52,859 bases of DNA, from positions 1 through 52,859 of the IMG/VR virus record IMGVR_UViG_3300011114_000478; one strand, 5' to 3'. Each line of letters opens with the position of its first letter. Position 1 is the first letter of the stretch. A program made the translations under genes and the position numbers. The DNA comes from a virus. Lineage: Duplodnaviria > Caudoviricetes. Positions 25,112 to 35,581 of the stretch are shown here, piece by piece. Below the pieces are notes generated by a model. It was given only the letters and a program-made list of their open reading frames with translations, did not search any database and was not told where the DNA came from.

Positions 25112-26194
25112 ATGGCTTACTCAGGTACAGTAGGAACCACAGTTGTAAACGTTCAAGAGATTATTGATCACGCGGCTCGCCGTTGCGGTAAATTAGCCGA
25201 AGAACTTACTTCAGAACAGCAAGTAACTGCTAGACAATCTCTTTTTTATTTTCTATCAAGCCTTATCAATATTGGTATTCAATATTGGGCTATTAATAAA
25301 GAAGTGATTGGTCTTACCCCAAACAAATATATTTATACACTTCCATTAGGTGCTAATGACGCTTTAAACGTGCTTTATCGCACAATGAATCGTCCTAGCG
25401 GAACTTATTCAACATCCGTAGGCTTATCTTCAGGTGTTTTAGCTAACATCTATGACGGTAATATTAGTACATATGCAACACAATCGTCAGCAAACGGTAA
25501 CTTCTCTATTAATTACGGTACAGACAACACTATTTATGCAGGCTCTATAGGTATTATGCCGTATGTAGCAGGTGGTGGTAGCGCTACTTGGTCATTGATC
25601 TATGAATATTCTACAGATGGAACAACTTGGAATACATTAGAAGATTTAGGTTCTGTGGTAGTTACAGATCAACAATGGATTTGGACGGACGTCGACCCAG
25701 GGCAAAATGTGCAATATTACAGAGTGCGTGGTTATAACGGTACAACATTATCTGTTCGTGAATGGTATGTTGGCAATAACAGCACAGAAGTGATGATGTC
25801 TCGTTTAAATCGTGATGATTATACAAATTTACCTAATAAAAACTTTACAGCTAATCAACCATATCAATTTTGGTTTGATAGAACTATTCCTCAACCATCT
25901 ATTTATTTATGGCCAACACCATCAAATCCGTTTGTACAAATGACCGTATGGTACTCAAGACAAATTATGGATGTAGGTGCGCTTACTGACGAACTAGAAA
26001 TTCCACAAAGATGGTACGAAGCGATTGTGATGAATTTAGCTCATAGATTGAGCTTAGAGTTACCACAAGTTCCAATGGATAGGGTAGCATATCTTGAAAG
26101 AATGGCGGCTCAGTATTTAAGTGAAGCGGAAATGGAAGAGCGCGATAAATCCCCTATATACTTTGCGCCCAATATCAGCGTATATACGCGTTAA
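25112..26194 (+). CDS. Probable head-tail adaptor protein with inserted discoidin-like domain
   Basis: IID.A.RRCG N-terminus, YLWPTP, IPQRWYEAI..NLA; central YSTDGTTW..QYYRV segment. Confidence 0.65.
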   Translation: MAYSGTVGTTVVNVQEIIDHAARRCGKLAEELTSEQQVTARQSLFYFLSSLINIGIQYWAINKEVIGLTPNKYIYTLPLGANDALNVLYRTMNRPSGTYSTSVGLSSGVLANIYDGNISTYATQSSANGNFSINYGTDNTIYAGSIGIMPYVAGGGSATWSLIYEYSTDGTTWNTLEDLGSVVVTDQQWIWTDVDPGQNVQYYRVRGYNGTTLSVREWYVGNNSTEVMMSRLNRDDYTNLPNKNFTANQPYQFWFDRTIPQPSIYLWPTPSNPFVQMTVWYSRQIMDVGALTDELEIPQRWYEAIVMNLAHRLSLELPQVPMDRVAYLERMAAQYLSEAEMEERDKSPIYFAPNISVYTR

Positions 26195-26214
26195 TAATCA
26201 ATGACTTATATAAA

Positions 26215-26787
26215 ATGATATTTATTTCAAGAAAAGAAGCTAAAGAAAAAAAACTTGCAAGATATTTTACAGGAAATGCTTGTAAGCACGGCCATATAAC
26301 TGAAAGAGCAACTAGAAATGGCGAGTGCCTAGGTTGCGCACACATTAGACTAATTGATTGGAAAAAAAACAATAAAGAATATGTATCTTTATATCAAAAA
26401 AAATATAAAGAAAATAATAAAATAAATGAATATGAAACAAGAAAAAAATGGTTTGAATTAAATCCTGAAAAAAAAGAAAAACATAGGCTGTTAAAAAATA
26501 AATGTACATCTATATGGAATAAAAAACATAGAGATAAAAGAAATGCAAATTTAGCAAATTATAGATTTACAAAAATTAAAGGAACGCCTAATTGGCTAGA
26601 TGTAACACAAAAAGTTGAAATAGATGCTATTTATTTATTTTGTGATGCATTAAAAAAATGTGGATTAAACTATCATGTTGATCATATTATTCCTTTGAGG
26701 GGTAAAAATGTTAACGGTTTGCACGCTCCTTGGAATTTACAAGTGATCCATGCGACTGAAAACATAAAAAAAGGTAATAGAATATAA
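26215..26787 (+). CDS. Free-standing HNH homing endonuclease
   Basis: YFTG..CKHGH...R......C..C; HVDHIIPL.G..V.GLH.PWNLQ......N..K.N; very AT-rich. Confidence 0.9.
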   Translation: MIFISRKEAKEKKLARYFTGNACKHGHITERATRNGECLGCAHIRLIDWKKNNKEYVSLYQKKYKENNKINEYETRKKWFELNPEKKEKHRLLKNKCTSIWNKKHRDKRNANLANYRFTKIKGTPNWLDVTQKVEIDAIYLFCDALKKCGLNYHVDHIIPLRGKNVNGLHAPWNLQVIHATENIKKGNRI

Positions 26788-27128
26788 TGCCTATATTTTT
26801 AGATACTGAAGGATTAGCTAGTCTTGCAATAGGTGTGTGTGATCGATGCAAGATGAAAAGGGCTTTTGTACGACTAGGTCCTGATCCAAACTTTCCTGGC
26901 CTTCGCGTGTGTGATGAAGGATGCAGAGATAACTTTGACCCTTACAGATTAGCCGCAAGAAAGACAGAAAGAATTAATTTAAGATTTGCTCGTCCTGATG
27001 TAAGTGTGGCAGTGACAGATAATAGCTTAATTACAAATGATCCAAATAATTATGTTGTTTCACCTGAGCAAAACACACAAACACCTGAGAATAATGGCAA
27101 CCTCGATAACTTAACTGTGAGTCCTTAA
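26787..27128 (+). CDS. Hypothetical protein with Cys pairs
   Basis: CDRC...RVCDEGC.D.FDP; TAATG-coupled. Confidence 0.75.
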   Translation: MPIFLDTEGLASLAIGVCDRCKMKRAFVRLGPDPNFPGLRVCDEGCRDNFDPYRLAARKTERINLRFARPDVSVAVTDNSLITNDPNNYVVSPEQNTQTPENNGNLDNLTVSP

Positions 27129-27131
27129 AAC

Positions 27132-30100
27132 ATGGCAAATGTACAGATAACCCAATTACCTTCAGCGGGAACCCTTACAGGTACCGAATTAGTTCCTATA
27201 GTCCAAAACGGTGTAACCGTTAAAACGACTACAGGTTCAATTACCTCAGGTCCTTCTTTAACACAAACATTTATCACAATTAACAATGAACCTTCGCTTG
27301 CAAACAGCAGATATTTAACAGCATCTTCAGGTATATCGCTTACAGACGGAGGCGCTCAATCAACCTACACTATTGGATTAACAGGTGCAATATCTACATT
27401 TAACGCTTTAGGTGCAGGGCTTGTAGCAAAAACGAGTACAAGTGTTCTCGCAAGTAGAACAATTAATGCAGGCACAGTAGGTATATCAGTCGCCGATGGT
27501 AACGCTATTGGAGGAAATCCAACTATAAGTCTTACAGGATTACCTTTAAGTTTAGCTCAATTAACAGGATCAGGCATTCTTACATACAGTGGCTCTACAT
27601 TAAATCCTCGCACAATTACAGGTACAGCTAATCAAATTACAGTAACAGATGGAACGGGTGTTAGTGGTGATCCAACAATTGCAATTGCAACTAATCCTGT
27701 GTTACCTGGTACGGGAGCAGTAACACTTCCAAGTGGTACTATTCCTGAAAGACCTGTAGGTACTGATGGACAAATTCGATTTAACACACAAACTTCTGTA
27801 TATGAAGGATATGCATCAGGAAGTTGGAATACCTTTACTTATGCAGGTGTTGGAGTTGATTCGTTCAGCACGGGCGCTACAGGGTTAACACCTGCTTCAC
27901 CAATAACAGGAGCTGTGGTTCTTGGTGGCATTTTAAATGTTTCAAGTGGTGGTACAGGTGTAGCTACTTTAACGGGTTACGTTAAAGGTAATGGCACATC
28001 AGTTATGACTGCTTCTGCAACTATTCCTAACTCTGATATTACAGGTTTAGGAACCATGTCAACACAAAATGCAAGCTCTGTAAACATTACAGGCGGTTCA
28101 ATTAACGCTGTAACTATAGATGGTGGAGCAACTATTGATAACGCAGTTATTGGTGGAACAACACCTGCAACAGGATACTTTACTAATTTATATACTAACG
28201 GTGCATTAGCAATCAGCGCATCAAGCACAAACACATTAACAAACAAATCCATTAGCGGATCAACCAATACACTTACAAATATCGGTAATTCATCGCTTGT
28301 AAATAGCTCAGTTACTATCAACGGCACAACTATTGCCCTTGGTTCATCAGGTACAGTTACTGCTGTTTTAGGTAATGCTTTAACGATTGGTACAGGTTTG
28401 TCAGGTACATCTTATAATGGATCAGCGCCTGTTACGATTGCAATCGATAGTACTGTAGCAACACTTACAGGAACTCAAACATTATCAAACAAAACACTTA
28501 CCTCACCTGTAATATCAACAATTTCTAATACAGGAACAATTACATTACCTACAGCCACAACAACATTAGTAGGCAGAGATACTACAGATACGCTTACAAA
28601 CAAGTCAATTAGTGGCTCTACAAATACATTATCTAATATTGGTAACGCATCTCTTACTAACAGCTCTGTCACCATTAACGGATCTGCAATTAGCTTAGGT
28701 GGCACAGCAACAATTACTGCGGTTAACCCAAGTGCTTTAACTATTGGAACAGGACTTACAGGAACTTCTTACAATGGTTCTTCTGCGGTTACTGTAGCAA
28801 TTGATTCAACAGTAACTACAAATTCAGGCACACAAACACTTACTAATAAAACAATTGATGCAGGATTAAATACATTAAGTAATATTGCAAATTCAGCTTT
28901 ACAAAATAGCTCAATTACTATTGGTACAACCTCTGTATCGCTTGGTAGTTCTACACTAACACCCGCAGGTTTAACATCAGTTACTGTAACGCAAGATCCA
29001 ACACAAGCTTTACAACTCGCTACAAAACAATATGTAGACGCCGCTGTTTCAAATGTAAACTATCATGAATCTGTAAGTTATGCATCTACAGTAGATTTAG
29101 GATCTGTTACTTATAACAATGGTTCATCAGGCGTAGGCGCTACACTTACAAATGCAGGCACACAAGCTGCTCTTGTAATTGATGGCGTTACAATGACAGC
29201 TACGGATGTAACAAATGCTGTTCGTATTTTAATTAAAAACCAAACAAGTGGCGCACAAAACGGTGTTTATGTATTAACCAATCAAGGATCGGGATCAACT
29301 AATTGGTCAATGATTCGATCTACTGACATGAATACCGCAGGATCAGGCGCTAATCAAGTAGGACCAGGCGATACATTCTATGTTGCTTCAGGCTCTTCAC
29401 AAGCTACGACATCTTGGGTGCAAACTACTCTTTTACCAATTACAATTGGAACTACAGCACTTAATTTTGCTCAAGTAGGTGGTCCCGCAGGTGGTTATAC
29501 TTTTGGAACAGGTTTACAACTTGCAGGTTCTACTGTAAGCATTTCAAATACAGGTGTGTCAGCGAATAGTTACACTTTGGGTAACTTTACGGTGAATGCT
29601 CAAGGTCAATTAACAGCGGCTTCTTCTACAGCTACTACAGGAACAGGAAATGTTGTTCTTGACACATCACCAACGCTTGTAACACCTAATCTTGGAACTC
29701 CAACATCAGCAACATTAACTAATGCTACAGGATTACCAATCTCAACAGGTGTGAGTGGTTTAGGTACAGGTGTCGCAACATTCTTAGCAACACCATCATC
29801 ACTAAACTTACTTAATGCAATGACAGATGAAACAGGCACAGGATCTCTTGTATTTGCCACATCACCTACTTTAGTGACTCCTGTTTTAGGAACACCAACT
29901 TCTGTTACATTGACCAACGCAACAGGATTGCCTTTGTCTACAGGTGTTACAGGAACACTTTCAATTGCAAATGGTGGTACAGGACAAACAACTGCATCAG
30001 CCGCCTTTAATGCATTATCACCAATTACAACTACAGGTGATTTAATTCTTGGTAATGGTACAAATAGCGCTACAAGACTTGCAATAGGTGCAAATGGGTA

Positions 30101-30623
30101 TGTATTGACATCTAACGGTACAACTGCATCATGGCAAGCTACAACAGGCGGAGTAACCTCATTTAGTGCAGGAAGCACAGGATTTACACCATCAACGGCT
30201 ACAAGTGGTGCTGTTACTTTAGCGGGTACATTAGCTACATCTAATGGTGGTACAGGTTTAACATCATTTACTACTAATGGCGCTGTTTATGCTACATCAA
30301 CCTCCGCTTTAACAACAGGAACCCTACCTGTAGCATCAGGCGGTACGGGAGCGACAACCCTTACAGGCGTTCTTTATGGTAACGGTTCTTCTGCATTCAC
30401 AGCGGCAACAGGATCAGAAATAGCTACTGCAATTGGTTCAACAGCTGTTACAAACGCAACAAACGCATCAAACACTGCAATTACAACAGGTTCAGCAACC
30501 ACAAATTACTTGACTTTTGTAACTGCAACAACAGGCAACTTACCACAATTAACTAATTCAGGTTTAACCTATAATGGCACTACAAACGCAATTACAGGTG
30601 GTATTAGTGGTGGAACTTTTTAA
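27132..30623 (+). CDS. Long Thr/Gly/Ser-rich tail fibre protein
   Basis: Internal repeats, ATKQYVD, RILIKNQ....QNGVY fibre motifs; ends GGTF. Confidence 0.8.
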   Translation: MANVQITQLPSAGTLTGTELVPIVQNGVTVKTTTGSITSGPSLTQTFITINNEPSLANSRYLTASSGISLTDGGAQSTYTIGLTGAISTFNALGAGLVAKTSTSVLASRTINAGTVGISVADGNAIGGNPTISLTGLPLSLAQLTGSGILTYSGSTLNPRTITGTANQITVTDGTGVSGDPTIAIATNPVLPGTGAVTLPSGTIPERPVGTDGQIRFNTQTSVYEGYASGSWNTFTYAGVGVDSFSTGATGLTPASPITGAVVLGGILNVSSGGTGVATLTGYVKGNGTSVMTASATIPNSDITGLGTMSTQNASSVNITGGSINAVTIDGGATIDNAVIGGTTPATGYFTNLYTNGALAISASSTNTLTNKSISGSTNTLTNIGNSSLVNSSVTINGTTIALGSSGTVTAVLGNALTIGTGLSGTSYNGSAPVTIAIDSTVATLTGTQTLSNKTLTSPVISTISNTGTITLPTATTTLVGRDTTDTLTNKSISGSTNTLSNIGNASLTNSSVTINGSAISLGGTATITAVNPSALTIGTGLTGTSYNGSSAVTVAIDSTVTTNSGTQTLTNKTIDAGLNTLSNIANSALQNSSITIGTTSVSLGSSTLTPAGLTSVTVTQDPTQALQLATKQYVDAAVSNVNYHESVSYASTVDLGSVTYNNGSSGVGATLTNAGTQAALVIDGVTMTATDVTNAVRILIKNQTSGAQNGVYVLTNQGSGSTNWSMIRSTDMNTAGSGANQVGPGDTFYVASGSSQATTSWVQTTLLPITIGTTALNFAQVGGPAGGYTFGTGLQLAGSTVSISNTGVSANSYTLGNFTVNAQGQLTAASSTATTGTGNVVLDTSPTLVTPNLGTPTSATLTNATGLPISTGVSGLGTGVATFLATPSSLNLLNAMTDETGTGSLVFATSPTLVTPVLGTPTSVTLTNATGLPLSTGVTGTLSIANGGTGQTTASAAFNALSPITTTGDLILGNGTNSATRLAIGANGYVLTSNGTTASWQATTGGVTSFSAGSTGFTPSTATSGAVTLAGTLATSNGGTGLTSFTTNGAVYATSTSALTTGTLPVASGGTGATTLTGVLYGNGSSAFTAATGSEIATAIGSTAVTNATNASNTAITTGSATTNYLTFVTATTGNLPQLTNSGLTYNGTTNAITGGISGGTF
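28233..28860 (+). repeat. Intragenic duplication in the fibre gene, 357-bp period
   Basis: TLTNKSISGSTNTL.NIGN.SL.NSSVTING...ALTIGTGL.GTSYNGS..VT.AIDSTV at 28233 and 28590. Confidence 0.85.
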
Positions 30624-30660
30624 TTAATATGGTAAAATTCACGCATAAAAGGACTTAATT

Positions 30661-32073
30661 ATGGCACAAGCAGGTTATACCCCAATACAACTTTACTACA
30701 GCACAACCGCGTCAGCAACGCCGTCAGCAGGCAATCTTGTCGCGGGTGAGTTAGCGCTCAATACGCTTGACGAAAAGCTATACTTTAAAAATAGCTCAGG
30801 CACTGTAAAGCTATTAGCTTCTGTTGCTTCTACGACTAACGTAGCTTCTATTTCTTTTGGCTCAACAGGATTAACACCATCAACTGCAACAACAGGTGCT
30901 GTAACAGTCGCAGGTACTTTAGCTGTTGCTAACGGTGGTACGGGCATTACAGCTTTTGGTACGGGTGTTGCAACCGCTTTAGGTCAAAACGTATCAGGTT
31001 CAGGAGGTATTGCTTTAACAACATCCCCTGTATTTACAACACCTAACTTAGGTACACCAAGTGCTGTGACTTTAACAAACGCAACAGGCTTGCCATTAAG
31101 CACAGGTGTCACAGGTACATTAGGTATTAGTAGCGGTGGTACAAACATCACAACTTACACAACAGGTGATATTCTTTACGCATCCGCATCTAACACACTA
31201 GCTAAGTTACCTATCGGTTCATCAGGACAACTTTTATCTGTATCAGGTGGTGTTCCTGCTTGGTCAGCGGCTCCTTCTACAGGTTTAACCGTAGGTACAA
31301 CATCGATTACAAGCGGTACAAGCGGATACATTCTTTATAACAATGCAGGTGTTCTAGGTAATTTAGCAACGACAGGTTCAGGCTCTGTAGTGCAAGCTAC
31401 TTCACCAACACTTGTAACTCCCGCATTAGGAACTCCAACATCAGGTACATTAACAAGCTGTACAGGTCTTCCATTATCAACAGGTGTGACAGGAACTCTT
31501 CCTGTAGCAAACGGCGGTTCAGGTAGAACAACCAATACAGCATATGCTGTTATTTGTGGTGGTACAACCGCAGGTGGAGCAGAGCAATCTATTGCTTCCG
31601 TAGGAACCGCAGGTCAAGTATTAACATCGAACGGCGCAGGTGCATTACCAACATTCCAAACCGCGGGCGGATCAAGTTTCCCCGCAGGAACTCGTATGTC
31701 ATTCCAACAAACATCAGCACCAACAGGTTGGACTAAAGACACAACAGCGGCAATTAACGATTCTATTTTAAGATTGGTAACAGGATCTGTAACTACAGGC
31801 GGTACAACAGCATTCTCAACATGGAATGCTCAAACAGCATCAGGTGCTACAACGCTTTCAATATCACAGATGCCAAGCCATGATCACCCAGGAAATCAAT
31901 ATAACAATGGTGACGCTGCTGGTCCTGAAACAGGAAATTATAGCGTAAACAACACGAATAATATTTTTTCAGGTTCTGCACGCGTTTTTGCTCAAGGCGG
32001 TGGTGGCTCCCATACCCATTCGCTAACACAGTCTCTTAAATACTATGACTTTATTATTGCAAGTAAAGACTAA
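30661..32073 (+). CDS. Second (distal) tail fibre protein
   Basis: N-terminal IQL..S.TA...P....L..GELALN..D.KLY; C-terminal FP.GT.M.F.Q..APTGW, TLS.SQMPSH.H, GG.SH.H. Confidence 0.82.
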   Translation: MAQAGYTPIQLYYSTTASATPSAGNLVAGELALNTLDEKLYFKNSSGTVKLLASVASTTNVASISFGSTGLTPSTATTGAVTVAGTLAVANGGTGITAFGTGVATALGQNVSGSGGIALTTSPVFTTPNLGTPSAVTLTNATGLPLSTGVTGTLGISSGGTNITTYTTGDILYASASNTLAKLPIGSSGQLLSVSGGVPAWSAAPSTGLTVGTTSITSGTSGYILYNNAGVLGNLATTGSGSVVQATSPTLVTPALGTPTSGTLTSCTGLPLSTGVTGTLPVANGGSGRTTNTAYAVICGGTTAGGAEQSIASVGTAGQVLTSNGAGALPTFQTAGGSSFPAGTRMSFQQTSAPTGWTKDTTAAINDSILRLVTGSVTTGGTTAFSTWNAQTASGATTLSISQMPSHDHPGNQYNNGDAAGPETGNYSVNNTNNIFSGSARVFAQGGGGSHTHSLTQSLKYYDFIIASKD

Positions 32074-32288
32074 TGGATGAACCAAAAGTTATTTGTCCAT
32101 TAACACAAAAAACATTAGAACAATCATGCCCAACATGTAATTTTGTAGTTATTGAAGATAATCAAATTACAGGATGTGCAATTAGAAAAAATATTAGAAG
32201 AATGATAGAAAATACAAATTTAGCAAAAGAAACATTTGATTCATTTATAAACTTTAAAAAAAATATGCAGTCTTATGGCAAAAATTAA
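32073..32288 (+). CDS. Small Cys-containing hypothetical protein
   Basis: CPL....C..C...C; resembles the N-terminus of the next ORF. Confidence 0.6.
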   Translation: MDEPKVICPLTQKTLEQSCPTCNFVVIEDNQITGCAIRKNIRRMIENTNLAKETFDSFINFKKNMQSYGKN

Positions 32289-32619
32289 TAAAGTCATTTG
32301 CCCTATTATAAATGACGAATGTATTGAAGATGGATCAATACGAAATGGTGAGTTAGTAGCTTGTAAATTTTGGGTTAAGTTAGCGGGAAAAAACCCACAA
32401 ACAGGAGAAGACATCAATACAGGCAATTGCTGTTTAAATTGGATGCCTATGTTACTAATTGAAAATAGTAAAGTCAATAGAGAAACAGGATCGGCTATTG
32501 AATCATTTAGAAATGAAATGGTTAAATCCAATGAAGTTACACAACAAATTCTTTTAACAACCGCAGGATTACCTGCTAATAATTTAATAGAGGTAAAAGA
32601 TGAAATTAACAATAATTAA
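32275..32619 (+). CDS. Fibre-associated hypothetical protein
   Basis: CP.I...C...C.FW....G.NPQTG.....C...WMP.LLIENS...R.T..AIESFRNEMVK. Confidence 0.75.
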   Translation: MAKINKVICPIINDECIEDGSIRNGELVACKFWVKLAGKNPQTGEDINTGNCCLNWMPMLLIENSKVNRETGSAIESFRNEMVKSNEVTQQILLTTAGLPANNLIEVKDEINNN

Positions 32620-32902
32620 AGACGATGGCGCCGTCTATAAAGATGGAAAATCTTATGCAGGTCTTGATTTAAATCAAATACCTTCAGATGTTCATGCATT
32701 GCAATGGAATAATGGAAGCGGACATATTGAATTTGTCAACAATATAAAAGTTAATGAAAACATTAATGAGATTCCATCATGGGCTAATGATGCTTTATCC
32801 GCATGGCAAATTGCTTACGATGTAGAGCAGGCGGAAATTGCTAGATTGCAAGCTGAAGCAGAGGCAAAAAAATTAGCTAAGCAACAAGCGCAAGTAGTTT
32901 AA
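32600..32902 (+). CDS. Fibre-associated hypothetical protein
   Basis: GAGG RBS; VHALQW....GHIEF. Confidence 0.75.
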   Translation: MKLTIIKDDGAVYKDGKSYAGLDLNQIPSDVHALQWNNGSGHIEFVNNIKVNENINEIPSWANDALSAWQIAYDVEQAEIARLQAEAEAKKLAKQQAQVV

Positions 32903-32912
32903 TAATCTGTAA

Positions 32913-33491
32913 ATGAAAATTAAAACAACGTACAAAAATTTTATAGGTATTTACGAAAACATATTTCCCAAAGAAGAATGCGATTTAATAATTCAAAAGT
33001 TTGAAGACGAATTAAAAAATGGCTGTGATGAAGATGGGCTAAATACAGATCCCAAGCAAGAGCTAGGAAGGCACACTTCTTCTATTTTTGCTATGGAAGA
33101 TAGGCTTCCTGAAATTCGCCACAAAATAAATGAAATTTTAAATGTGTGTGCAGAACAATATGCAAAAGAGTACTTTACTATAAAACAGCTTAAATTGTCA
33201 TCTGAACATATAAAATTACAAAAAGTTCCACCAAAAGGCGGTTTCCATGTTTGGCACTGTGAACAAGCAAATGTTAAATACGCAACTAGAGTATTAGTTT
33301 GGATGATTTACCTTAATGATGTTCATGACAACGAAGGTGAGACAGAGTTTTTATTTCAGGGATTGAGAGTTAAGCCAACCGTAGGAACTGTTGTATTTTT
33401 CCCTGCATCATTTACCCACACGCACAGAGGAAACCCTGTTTACTCCTGCAATAAATATATTGTAACGGGTTGGTATACTTTAACTGAATAA
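32913..33491 (+). CDS. 2OG-Fe(II) oxygenase (prolyl-4-hydroxylase-like)
   Basis: WHCE, YLND..GETEF, FFPA.FTHTHRG.P, KY..TGW. Confidence 0.9.
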   Translation: MKIKTTYKNFIGIYENIFPKEECDLIIQKFEDELKNGCDEDGLNTDPKQELGRHTSSIFAMEDRLPEIRHKINEILNVCAEQYAKEYFTIKQLKLSSEHIKLQKVPPKGGFHVWHCEQANVKYATRVLVWMIYLNDVHDNEGETEFLFQGLRVKPTVGTVVFFPASFTHTHRGNPVYSCNKYIVTGWYTLTE

Positions 33492-33976
33492 TGAAATACT
33501 CTATATTTCATACCTCAAGATGTGGCTCTACATTACTATCTTGCTTATTAAGTAAATCAATTCCAACTTTAGCTGAACCATCTTGGGCTTGCCAACCAAT
33601 AGATCAAATTAATTTTGATAGCAATCATTTAGATGAGCATTTAGTTAAATATCCAAGTAAAGCTTTTCAAATAATTCCATACATAAATAGTAAAATAGTT
33701 TTTTTATATAGAAATTTTGACGACCATTTAAAAAAATTAGAATCTGTTAGAGAGATAAATAGACAAGAAGAAGCGCTTTTATGGTCATCTAGGTTTTTTT
33801 ACGCAACTCAAGCAGAAGATATAATATTCATTGAAAGTAACTACTTTTTAAATAATCAAAAAGAAACTTGCCAATTAATATGTAATTATTTTGGAATTGA
33901 ATACAAACCCGTTGAAATAAATTTTCATGTAAAAGATGCAGGTTTTAATTGTAAAGATAACATAATAAAAATATGA
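33491..33976 (+). CDS. Short sulfotransferase-like protein
   Basis: PAPS-loop-like HTSRCGSTLL, ..EP, FLYRN. Confidence 0.6.
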   Translation: MKYSIFHTSRCGSTLLSCLLSKSIPTLAEPSWACQPIDQINFDSNHLDEHLVKYPSKAFQIIPYINSKIVFLYRNFDDHLKKLESVREINRQEEALLWSSRFFYATQAEDIIFIESNYFLNNQKETCQLICNYFGIEYKPVEINFHVKDAGFNCKDNIIKI

Positions 33977-34539
33977 AAAATACAAAATTAGAAGATTATA
34001 TTTATATAGTAAAAAATGCACTTAGCAATGACCTGTGCGATGAAACATTAAAAGAATATAAAAATACTTATGAATGGAAAGCGACAGCTGTTGGAATGGG
34101 GAATATAAAAACAGACACAAGAAATTGCCAAAAAATATACATTTCTGATCAAGTTACAATTCAAAAAAATAAAGAAGTTAGAAGTAATTTGGATAAATAT
34201 ATATTTGATGGAGCATCAAAATGTATAAACGAATATAATGAAAAATTTATTCACTGTAGGGTTCAACAAGATAGTGGATACGAACTATTAAGATATTCAG
34301 AAAATTGTTTTTACAAACAACATGTTGATTCTTTTAAAGAACATCCTAGATCTGTATCATGCTCATTTATTCTAAATGATGATTTTGAGGGTGGTGAATT
34401 TGCATTTTTTGATAGAGAATTAAAGTACAAATTAAAAAAAGGCGATGCTCTTATGTTTCCTTCTAACTTTATGTATCCTCATGAAGTAATGCCTGTGACA
34501 AAAGGAACTCGATACTCAATTGTCACTTGGTTTATATGA
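33973..34539 (+). CDS. 2OG-Fe(II) oxygenase
   Basis: YKQHVD, LNDDFEGGEF, FPSNFMYPHEV.PVTKGTRYSIVTW. Confidence 0.92.
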   Translation: MKNTKLEDYIYIVKNALSNDLCDETLKEYKNTYEWKATAVGMGNIKTDTRNCQKIYISDQVTIQKNKEVRSNLDKYIFDGASKCINEYNEKFIHCRVQQDSGYELLRYSENCFYKQHVDSFKEHPRSVSCSFILNDDFEGGEFAFFDRELKYKLKKGDALMFPSNFMYPHEVMPVTKGTRYSIVTWFI

Positions 34540-34961
34540 AAATACTTATCATGGGTTTGTCAGGAAGTGGCAAATCCGAGTTAGCTAAAGAACTACACAG
34601 TTTGTTTCAAAATGACGAAAGGTCATCGATTCGCATTAATGGCGATGAGGTAAGAGAAGCCAACAACGATTGGGACTTTAGCCCTGAAGGTCGTATAAGA
34701 CAAGCCGAAAGAATGGCAAAGTTAGCCAAAAAAAGCGAAGCTGATTACGTCATAGCTGATTTTATAGCTCCTACCAAACAAATTAGAGACATTTTTAGTC
34801 CTGATATGTTAATATGGCTCGACACAGTAAGGTCAAGTAAATACACCAATACTGATGTTGTTTTTCAAAACCCAACAAATTATGCGTTTAAAGTAAAGAA
34901 AAAAGACGCTAAAAAGTGGGCATTGACTATTTATAATTTTATAAACAAAAAGGAGAGATAA
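34536..34961 (+). CDS. cysC: Adenylylsulfate kinase-like protein
   Basis: GLSGSGKS, NGDEVR, DFS.EGR.RQ..R, IADFIAP; ATGA-coupled. Confidence 0.78.
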   Translation: MKILIMGLSGSGKSELAKELHSLFQNDERSSIRINGDEVREANNDWDFSPEGRIRQAERMAKLAKKSEADYVIADFIAPTKQIRDIFSPDMLIWLDTVRSSKYTNTDVVFQNPTNYAFKVKKKDAKKWALTIYNFINKKER

Positions 34962-35132
34962 GTGATTAAATTAGAATTGTCTTTAGAGGATACAAACGCT
35001 TTACTTGCAAATTTAGGTACATTGCCCTATCAAAATGTATTTTCTTTGATTAAACAAATACAAGAGCAAGGTATTTCGCAAGCAGAAGCTATTATTAAAG
35101 CTCGTGAAGATGAGCAAACAAAAGCAGAATAA
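34962..35132 (+). CDS. 56-aa hypothetical protein (not in ORF track)
   Basis: AGGAG RBS, GTG start; L..LG.LPY..V..LI..I..Q. Confidence 0.7.
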   Translation: MIKLELSLEDTNALLANLGTLPYQNVFSLIKQIQEQGISQAEAIIKAREDEQTKAE

Positions 35133-35144
35133 AGGAATAGTTTT

Positions 35145-35312
35145 ATGTCTCAGCAACAAATTAACGAGGTTGATCATCGTCTAACTACTCACGAAGAAGT
35201 TTGTGCGCTGAGATATGAAGCTATTAACGCAAGACTGAAAAGATTAGAAGGAATCCTAATGGCATCAGCAGGCGCCATTATTCTTTTGCTACTTAGTATT
35301 GTTTTAAAATGA
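35145..35312 (+). CDS. 55-aa coiled-coil plus C-terminal TM protein, lysis region (not in ORF track)
   Basis: HEEVCALRY..INARLKRLE then hydrophobic tail; AAGGA RBS. Confidence 0.7.
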   Translation: MSQQQINEVDHRLTTHEEVCALRYEAINARLKRLEGILMASAGAIILLLLSIVLK

Positions 35313-35581
35313 ACATGGAAAAAATAACATCTTTGTTATTTCCTGTAATCGTATCAGCGATTGCATGGTTACTTACATCCATGTCTTCGATGCAAGCAGA
35401 TCTTATTGACATCAAGTCAAAGATGCCTGCTTTAATTACATCTCAAGGCGTGCCTACAGATAGTCCTGTGTCAGCAGAAGCAAGAGCTAAACTTAAAGAA
35501 GAATTAAGGTCACAAATGGCTGAGCTTAATGTCCGTATTAGAATTCTTGAAGAGCATGACGCTCAAAGAAAAGGTAAATAA
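35309..35581 (+). CDS. N-terminally anchored membrane protein, lysis region
   Basis: Hydrophobic N-terminus followed by coiled coil. Confidence 0.7.
   Translation: MNMEKITSLLFPVIVSAIAWLLTSMSSMQADLIDIKSKMPALITSQGVPTDSPVSAEARAKLKEELRSQMAELNVRIRILEEHDAQRKGK

Noticed and set aside
26195-26787. Group I intron around the HNH gene
   Set aside because: Both neighbours look complete and there is no room for intron core structure
27977-30178. Long - strand ORFs opposite the fibre gene (also 12953-13693 and 44123-44839)
   Set aside because: Antisense shadows of repetitive, codon-biased + strand genes; no RBS or motifs
31600-32073. Diversity-generating retroelement acting on the fibre tip
   Set aside because: No reverse transcriptase and no template/variable repeat pair seen
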